Shown here: positions 52,396 through 61,000 of the stretch, piece after piece | Numbering within the stretch: position 1 is the first letter of the stretch | Layout: each line of letters starts with the position of its first letter | Source: Convolutriloba macropyga | Lineage: Eukaryota | Assembly (NCBI RefSeq): GCF_964194025.1 | Contig: NC_134479.1 | Location: 1,736,001-1,800,000 of the forward strand | DNA length: 64,000 nucleotides | Direction of reading: 5' to 3' | Translations under genes and position numbers: made by a program | Notes under the pieces: generated by a model | Database searches by the model: none | What the model was told of the DNA's origin: nothing | Seen by the model: the letters and a program-made list of their open reading frames with translations, nothing else

Positions 52396-54076
52396 TGCTC
52401 AAAATCACTTTTAGCAGAATGAGAGAAGAGAGAAACTAGCCTAGAGAAGTCAAAAAGATTTCACGCAAAATGTTGAAAAGGCGGCAAAATGAGGTAAAGC
52501 GAAACATTTTTTTATTCGACGAAGTAAAAAAACATAGCAAGACAAGTCTTGACGTACAATTCAAAGAATTTTCATAGACTAAACAAAACAATACACTTCG
52601 AAAGGACTATGGTGAATTGAAAAATTCATTTCTAAAAATTCAGAAAAGTAAAAAAACGAAAATCATTGTCAAAATGCCGCATTTGAACAACAAACCACTA
52701 GCGAGAATAGATTTTTTCCAAAAAAAAACTGGGCCTAGATTCAATTGGGCCTAGAAACTATGAATGGATTGGGAAAACCATTTAAAAAAAATGCAATTCA
52801 AAAAAATGAAAAAAAAACAGTTGAAAATCAAAGTGAAATTGCCGCATGTGAGCAAAAAACCACTATCGAGAAGGCGAATTTTTGTTCAAACACCCTTTTC
52901 TCACTCTACTTTAAAATTAAAGGGAAAAATTCACACCGGAAAACCACTCGCTTTTGGCGCTCCACTTCCTGTCTCGGCGTGACCAAAAAAAATCACTACT
53001 CCAATTTGACTTAAAAATCATGAAAATGTGTGAACACATCTTAAAGAAAACACAGCGCCCCAATACAATTCAAATTCTTTGAATTGTAAAAAAAAATTAG
53101 GGGCGCAACAATAGCCACCTGGAATTGCTGACACGACTATTAAAAAACATAGCCGGCAGATTGCCGGAATAGCTGCGAAAGAATGGACCTGCGTGCCATA
53201 TAATAGAGATAGAAACAGATACAGATCTAAATTGAAAAAAAAATCGACGCCGCTCAAAAAGCTAGGTAAAAAAACATTCAGCGATAAATTGGTAAAGCTT
53301 GCTAAAATTCATTCCACAGAAGCCTCTTATTAGAGACCTTTACTGGACATATGAGTTCCTTTGACCTTAAACAAATTAAAATTAAACTTAAGTTTTAAAT
53401 TGCAAAAGTCATTTTATTGAGTGAGGTAAGTCACATATGATCAAAATCTAATCACGCAAATAACCTAAAAACTTTCGGTAAAGCGAGTGAGAAATGACGT
53501 CACGCGCGCAAATGCCGTTAGTGAGAGGAAGAAGTCATTCAGAAAATCTGACTTTTTCAGCTTTGCTGTGTGAACAAATGTAAAACGAAAAAAGAGCGTC
53601 AGACGACGAAACAAAAAAACATAGCAGGACAAGTCCTGACGTACAATTCAAGGATTTTCATTGACTAAACAGAAAACTAGACCTAGAACGGACTATGAAT
53701 GGTTTGGAAAAGCCATTTAGAAAAAAATCCGATCCAAAAAATCGAAAAAAAAACAGTAAAAATCAAAGTGAAATTGCCGCATGTGAACAAAAAACCACTA
53801 CCGATAAAGCGAATTTTTGTTCAAACACCGTATTCTCACTCTACTTTAAAATTAGAGCGAAAAAATTTCACGCCGCAAAACCACTCGCTTTTTCGCTCCA
53901 TTTCCTGTTTCGGCGTGACCAAAATCACTACTCCAATTTGACTTCAAAAATCATGAAAATGTGTGAACAGACCTTAAAAAAAAAAGACAGCGCCCCAATA
54001 CAATTCAAATTCTTTGAATTGTAAAAAAAATAGGAGCGCTATAATAGCCGGCTGAGAAGATGAGGGCGGCTATTAA
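52042..54076 (-). mobile_element. Composite Helentron-like structure: body A, F3, cap d | body C, F3, cap b
   Basis: Hairpin ends at 52042, 52531, 53146, 53618. Caps end at 53090, 53143, 54025, 54076. Confidence 0.75.
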
Positions 54077-56560
54077 TAAAAGAAAAAAAATCAAAAAATG
54101 CAGATTCTGTCATGTTTTCTTTAAAATTAAGATGCTTTTATTTCAAGTGCCCCAATATCGGCCAATTGTTGCTGGTTTTAATCAGACGGAAAATATTTTT
54201 CTCAACGATATTCGTGTCGAAGGTTTCGGTTAAAAAAAGTCAGGACAAAATGAAGTTCAGGAATTCTCCGTTTTTATGACGTATCATGCCGTTGAACTCA
54301 TTTTTTGGAGTGCATCAGCTGCGAGATTAAGTGGAAAGCATCAAACTTCTTGTAAATTAAGACAGAAAAAAATATGATGAAAACAAAACGAATTCTTTTG
54401 TTAGAATTTTTTCACAAAAAAATCTTTTCTGCTCTACGTCTTACAAATATCCCAACTCAATTTAAACATTCGCCTCAACGAATTATTAAAAAAGTAAGGA
54501 ATAAAATTTTGAGGTTAAGTTTTGCCCGAAATTCTATCCTGGGAGCAATTCATCAAAATCAGAATTCTCTTTAAATTGGAATACTCTCATCAATTCGAAT
54601 ACAACTGGAAAGCATAATAGCTAAGGTCAACTTCATTACCAGCAAACTATATTCAGGTGAAAGTGACAAAAATAAAAAAAATTTCTGCGTTTGCTTCACG
54701 TAATTATTTTTTCTGTTGTTCTGGACTTCGATATCCCATATGTGTTTAGTTCTATAAATACTAGTGAAAGCATAAATGTATGTTAAGGGTTAAAACACTA
54801 TTTTAAGAGCTCTAAGAAAAAAGGAGAAGTTTTTCTCTAAAAATTTCTCAAAGATATGCTTAAAGTTAAGTTTAGAAAAAAATTGTACCTCCAATCTTCT
54901 ATTTTCTGAGTTCTATATTAAAAAATTTTAATAGCGAAAAGTTCTTCAGCTGCTAAATGTTCATACAAAACAATACTATTGACAAAACCATACAATTGAA
55001 AAGCGAAAAAACTCTCAATCTAATCTCCACCCTATAACTCTCCATTTCTTTTCAAAAATCAAAAATAGCCACTATAGGCTACAAAAAGATAGCCGCTTTT
55101 TTCTCTACGGTCTGTTAAAAAAAATAAAAACGTGACGAAGAAAAAAATCCTTGCGTATATATTCGCCCACTTCGAAAAAAAATGTGTCTCAAAGGTATAG
55201 TGTTCTGTGCTATGGGTGCTCTATTGGTTGTTTTTTTTGGATAAAGTAATGCTGGGATCAATTCATCAAAAGTGATATGTTAAATTGTTTCATTGTTTCT
55301 GTTTTCGTTTTCATCTGTTTTCGTAGAGTTCAATTTGGAATCCCGAGTTCTTTTCTGTCGCATTGGCTCTAACGGGGAATCTTTGATTTGAATTATGTTT
55401 CTTTTTGGTTGATTTGTTGTAGCTGGGTCATAAATCAGGAGAATAGCAAGAACTATGCAAACATTAAGTGGAGGCTGATGTTAATTGCTGGGAGATTGTT
55501 AAGTGCCGGGAAAGGTACGATAGGTAAATAACGTTCACGGTGAATAATGTGTTGGGCAAAAAAAATCTCAATTTGCTGCAAATGACTTCCAATTGCGTAA
55601 ATTGGAGACAAAATGAATTAACAAGCATGCCTTTTTGCATGGCCAATCACAGGGGCTCTTCTTCAATTTTTAGTTTTGTGACTCATCGAATGCAACTATT
55701 TGACAAATATTTCCGCTCATATTTCGTTGCTCAAGGGTCAGTGATACTAATCGTCTTCGTTGATTCAAAATTGGTCCCAGATCACGCAGTTCTCCTCTCT
55801 TTGTGGGATTGATGATGTTCTCGGAAATTGGTGTCCTCTGGTACGGTAAACTCAAGCTTGTCGGTCCAAGTGCTGTTGTTTGAATTCTATGTTTGATTTT
55901 TGTTATAAGAGTGATTATAACTGTTCGTCGTGACAATGAAAATTTTCTGTTGGCTCTAGTTTGGCATTAGTGAAGTCTGTTGTTTAATCTCCGTATTCGT
56001 AATCAGAGTAGTGAGTGTTGAAGTTGGGAGTGTAGATGTCTCCAAATGATTTGTCCCAGTCTTGTCACGAGCGATTACGGCTATTCGTTTTGTTTCTCTT
56101 GCAAACTGTGTCCGCGTTAAAGTTGAGATTTTTAATTCATCCAAGTCTTTGAGATTTTCGGTTTCATCCGAGTCATCTTTTTCCGCGTCACTTTGGAGTT
56201 GAGGTTCTGGGTAATGGTCTAGTGGGAAATATCTGATTACAGTAGGGCTGGTTCCTCATTTTTGGTTGTATTGTGTTGTAGACTCAATTTTCGCATGCTA
56301 ATGCTGGGTAGTCTTCTGCGTAAATTGGATGGAGGGTCTGCTCCAAAGCGCAAGTCAGTTTGAAGAAAGCTTCTTTGTCCTGAGAAAGTATCGTTATCTG
56401 TGCCATTTGATTCTGGAGTGTCAATATGCTCAACTGGATATGAACCTTCAACAGAAATGCATGAAATGCTTCCTTGTCAGAAACTGGTTCGAGGCTCATA
56501 TCAAACATTGTGGGTACTTCTTGTTCCGAGAAGAAGATTAATTTAAGGTTAGAGTTAACG

Positions 56561-56693
56561 TAATTTCAGCTTATTGGTGATGGAGGGTAACTGATCTTAG
56601 GGCACCTTAAAATAGAGGGGTTTAACAGCGCGTGAGGGCACCCCTCTAAATGCCAATAGCCGGTCCCAAGCCCGGATAAAGAGGGAGGGCTGT
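56561..56693 (+). ncRNA. Twister self-cleaving ribozyme core at the 5' end of an RTE-like LINE
   Basis: TGCCAATAGCCGGTCCCAAGCCCGGATAAA-GAGG-GAGGG (56651-56689) nearly matches the rice twister core as I recall it (GCCAAUGCCGGUCCCAAGCCCGGAUAAAAGUGGAGGG). P4 is CCGG/CCGG with loop UCCCAAGC. Candidate cleavage UAA at 56561, P2 UUUC/GAGG, extended P3 TATTGGTG (56572) / TGCCAATA (56651). P1 pairs poorly. Confidence 0.75.
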
Positions 56694-58000
56694 ATTCGAT
56701 TGTCTAGCAAGCCACCAAGGCGAGATTAACTTCACTAAAAGTAACAAGAAAAAGAGACAGATCGGAACCCGATACCTTCTCCGCGATGGTGGAGGCCACA
56801 ACTGGGGAACCTAAACCAGTTGCTCTGGCCCGATGACAATGTCAAAGCTCAACGGAAACCGACGATCTGACACCTTAAAAATGAGGTTCTGGAATTGCCG
56901 CAGCCTGTGCTCTGAGCGGATAGCTAGTGACTTCGCTGAGACCCTCTTTGCTCGGCAAAATCCAATCTGTGCACTTGCAGAAACACACCTGAGAGATAAT
57001 GAAAAAGCCAAAATGAACAGCTACGAGTTTTTAAACTCTGGAAAATGAATGATTGCAAAATATACAAGCAGGAGTTCGTCTAGCTTATGACCCTGTAAAA
57101 GTCAAAGTCATCGACTTTGCAGTTGTGTCAGACAAAAACGCAACAACTTGAATTATAGCCAAAATACAAGGCTGCAGAATGTTATTACCTCTGCTCCCAC
57201 AGAAAACTGAAGAAAAGGAGTATATGCAGTATCTGGAAGAGCTGAAAGAGGCTTGCAACTTACGTTCCTTGAAAATAAAGCTGCTTATACTCGGACATCT
57301 CAACGCAACAATGGGAAAAAAGATGCATGAGCATCTATCCAAAAAGGTTGGAAAATTCCTTCCTGAAGATGAGGGTAGCAGGATTGGTGAACTCATGACT
57401 GAAGTGATCGCCGAGTTGAGGCTTCGCATGAACAGTAGCTTTTTTAAGAAAAAGAAAAAAGCAGATGAGCTCGCGACATCCAAGGACAGGCGACATCTCA
57501 CTAAAAGACTACTGTATAAGTCCATTGAACTCGAAAATAATGTTTCAGGACTTGAGGTTTTCCTCGCCCAGACAGCGATCATGCAATGATACTGCACATT
57601 AAGAAAATCCCAAAAAAACCGCAAGCCGAAACAAAGGAGTTGAAAGAGATAGAGTAGGCATAAGAGGCAAGTGTGATAAGATCTGCGAACTCCAAAAGAG
57701 CTCGAAAAGTTGCGCTCTAAAGTAAACGTAACAACGATTATCCGGCCAGGATAACGGTAACGTTGAGGCATATAATTATTGAGCAAGACATCAATGAAAA
57801 ATCTGATTTCTACGGAAGCCCTTGGGCAAGTCACTTGACCTCATCACAAATGGAGACTATGACAGAACGAAAGTCAAAGCATAAAAGATATCTTGCAAAC
57901 AAGTGTCCAAAGACACAGACGAAAGCGATGAGCTTCACAAGAAATTTAAAAAATGACAGACTGTAAAGACCAAGCCAACGAAAGCCGACTGAAAAGGCTA
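56561..58000 (+). mobile_element. 5' part of a decayed RTE-clade LINE (5'UTR and apurinic-like endonuclease)
   Basis: LKMRFWNCRSL...ICALAETH...YEFLNSG (APE motifs I/II), VITYAP, LLILGHLNATMG (GDFNAxxG), NSSFFKKK, SDHAM (SDH motif), spread over frameshifted ORFs. No RT domain in the window. Confidence 0.85.
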
Positions 58001-61000
58001 AAGCTTGTTATTACCTATGCTCCCACAGAAAACTGTAAAGAAAAGGAGTATATACAGTATCTGCAAGAGCTGAAAGAGGCTCTCAACTTACGTTCCTTAA
58101 AAGTAAAGTAATGGAAAGAGTTCCAGCTACTTATACTCTGACATCTTAACGCAACAATGGGAAAAGAGATGCATGAGCATCTACCCCAAAAAGGTTGGAA
58201 GACTCCTTCCTGAATAAAGTAGCAGGATTGGGGAACTCATGACTTAAATGATCACCGGGTTGAGGCTTCTCATCAACAATAGTGTCTAAGAAAAAAGAGA
58301 CAAAGATGAGCTGGCGACATCCAGGGACAAGCAACATCTCATTAAAAGTCCACTGAACTCGAATATAATGGTTCGAGACTTAAGACTTTCCTGGCAAGAC
58401 AGCCAAGACAGCGATCATGCAATGATGATCCTGCACTATAGGGAAAAATTCCTAGAAAACCGCGAGCCAAAACAAAGGAATTTAAAGATAAAGAGTAGAC
58501 ACAAGAGGCAAGTGTGATAAGATCCTCGAACTCCAAAAATTGAACTCTAAAACGAAGGCAGCAACGATTATCCGGTCAGGATAACGAAAACGTAGAGGCA
58601 GATAATTAATGAGCAAGAAATCAATGAAACATCTGATTTCTACGGAAGTCCTTGGGCAAGTCACTTGACCTCATAAGAAAAGGATTATCTGAAAGAACAA
58701 AAGTCAGCGCATAAAAGATATCTTACAAACAAGTGTCCAAAAGACAGAGTCGAAGGCGATGAACTTAACAAAAATATTAAGGAAATTACATCAGACTGTA
58801 AAGACCGCGCCATCGAAACCCGACTGAAAAAGCAGCAGATTGTTATTTCCTATGCTCCCATAGAAAACCGAAGAAAAGGGGTATAAGCAGTAACGGCAAG
58901 AGCTGAAGGGCTTGCAACTTACGTTCCTTAAAAATAAAATCATCGAGTGAGTTCCAGCTAATTATACTCGGACATCTTAACGCAACACTGGGAAAAAAGA
59001 TGCATGAGCATAAACCCAAACAGGTTAGAAGATTCCTTCCTAAAGAAGAAAGTAGCAGGATTTGGGAACTCATGACTGAAAAGATCACCGAGTTGAAGCT
59101 TCATCAACAATGGTTTCTTTAAGAAAAAAGAAACAAAGATGAGCTTGCGACATCCAGGGACAAGCGAAATCTCACAAAAAGACTACGGTCTAAAACCACT
59201 AAACTCGAGTATAATGGTTCAGGACTTAAGGTTTTCCTGGCGCGACAGTCAAGACAGCGATCATGCAATCATGATACTGCACATTAGGGAAAAAAATTCC
59301 TAGAAAACCGAGAGCCAAAATAAAAGAGTTGAAAGATTAGACATAAGAGGCAAGTGTGATAAGATCTGCGAACTCCGAAAGAGCTCGAAAAATGGTCACT
59401 AAAGTGCAGGCAAAAACAATTGTTTTCGCCACGATAACGGAAACGTTGAGGTAGATAATTAATGAGCAAGAAATCAATGAAACATCTAATTTCTACGAAG
59501 GTCCTTGGGCAAGTCACTTGACTTCATCAGGAATGGAGACTCTGAAAGAACGAAAGTCAGCGCATAAAAGATATCTTGCAAACAAGTGTCCAAAAGACAG
59601 AGTCGAAAGCGATGAGCTTAAGAAAATTCAGGAAATTACATCAGACTGTAAAGATCGCGCCATCGAAACCCGGCCGAAGAAAGCTGCAGATTGTTATTAC
59701 CTATGCTCCCAGAGAAAACTGAAGAAAAGGAGTATATGCAGTATCTGCAAGAGCTAAGGAGGCTTGCAACTTACGTTCCTTAAAAGTGAAGTCATCGAGT
59801 GAGTTCCAGCTACTTATACTCGGACATCTTAACGCAACGCTAGGAAAGGAGACGCATGAGCATCTACCCAAACATGTTGGAAGATTCCTTCCTGAAGAAG
59901 AAAGTAGCAGGATCTGGGAACTCATTACTGGAATGATCACCGAGTTGAAGCTTCATCAACAATGGTTTCTTTAAGAAAAAAGAAACAAAGATGAGCTTGC
60001 GACATCCAGGGACAAGCGAAATCTCACAAGACTACTGTCTAAAACCACTAAACTCGAGTATAATGGTCCAGGACTTAAAGTTTTCCTGGCGCGACAGTCA
60101 AGACAGCGATAATGCAATGATGATACTGCACATTAGGGAAAAAATTCCTAGAAAACCGCGAGCCAAAATAAAGGAGTTGAAAGAGTAGACATAAGAGGCA
60201 AGTGTGATAAGATCAGCGAACTCCGAAAGAGCTCGAAAAAATGTTCACTAAATTGAAGGCAACAATTGTTCCCGCCACGATAACGGAAACGTTGAGGTAG
60301 ATAATTAGTGAGCAAGAAATCAATGAAACATCTAATTTCTACGAAGGTCCTTGGGCAAGTCACTTGACTTCATCAGGAATGGAGACTCTGAAAGAACGAA
60401 AGTCAGCGCATAAAAGATATCTTGCAAACAAGTGTCCAAAAGACAGAGTCGAAAGCGATGAGCTTAAGAAAATCAAGGAAATTACATCAGACTGTAAAGA
60501 CCGCGCCATCGAAACCCGACTGAAAAAGCTGCAGATTGTTATTACCTATGCTTCAACAGAAAACTGAAGAAAAGGAGTATATCCAGTATCTGCAAGAGCT
60601 GAAGGAGGCTTGCAACTTACGTTCCTTAAAAGTAAAGTCATCGAGTGAGTTCCAGCTACTTATACTCGGACATCTTAACGCAACACTAGGAAAGGAGACG
60701 CATGAGCATCTACCCAAACATGTTGGAAGATTCCTTCCTGAAGAAAATAGCAGGATTGGGGAACTCATGACTGGAATGATCACCGAGTTGAAGCTTCATC
60801 AACAATGGTTTCTTTAAGAAAAAGAAACAAAGATGAGCTTGCGACATCCAGGGACAAGCGAAATCTCACAAAAAGACAACTGTCTAAAACCACTAAACTC
60901 GAGTATAATGGTTCAGGACTTAAAGTTTTCCTGGCGCGACAGTCAAGACAGCGATCATGCAATGATGATACTGCACACTAGGGAAAAAATTCCTAGAAAA

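Noticed and set aside
4871-54076. Recurring hairpin motifs as a CRISPR array or integron attC cassettes
   Set aside because: Eukaryotic intronic context, irregular spacing, intervening sequences are themselves repeats, and no cas or integrase gene is present. Helentron termini explain them.
57085-57834. 249 aa minus-strand ORF
   Set aside because: Antisense shadow of the RTE ORF and broken in the other array units.
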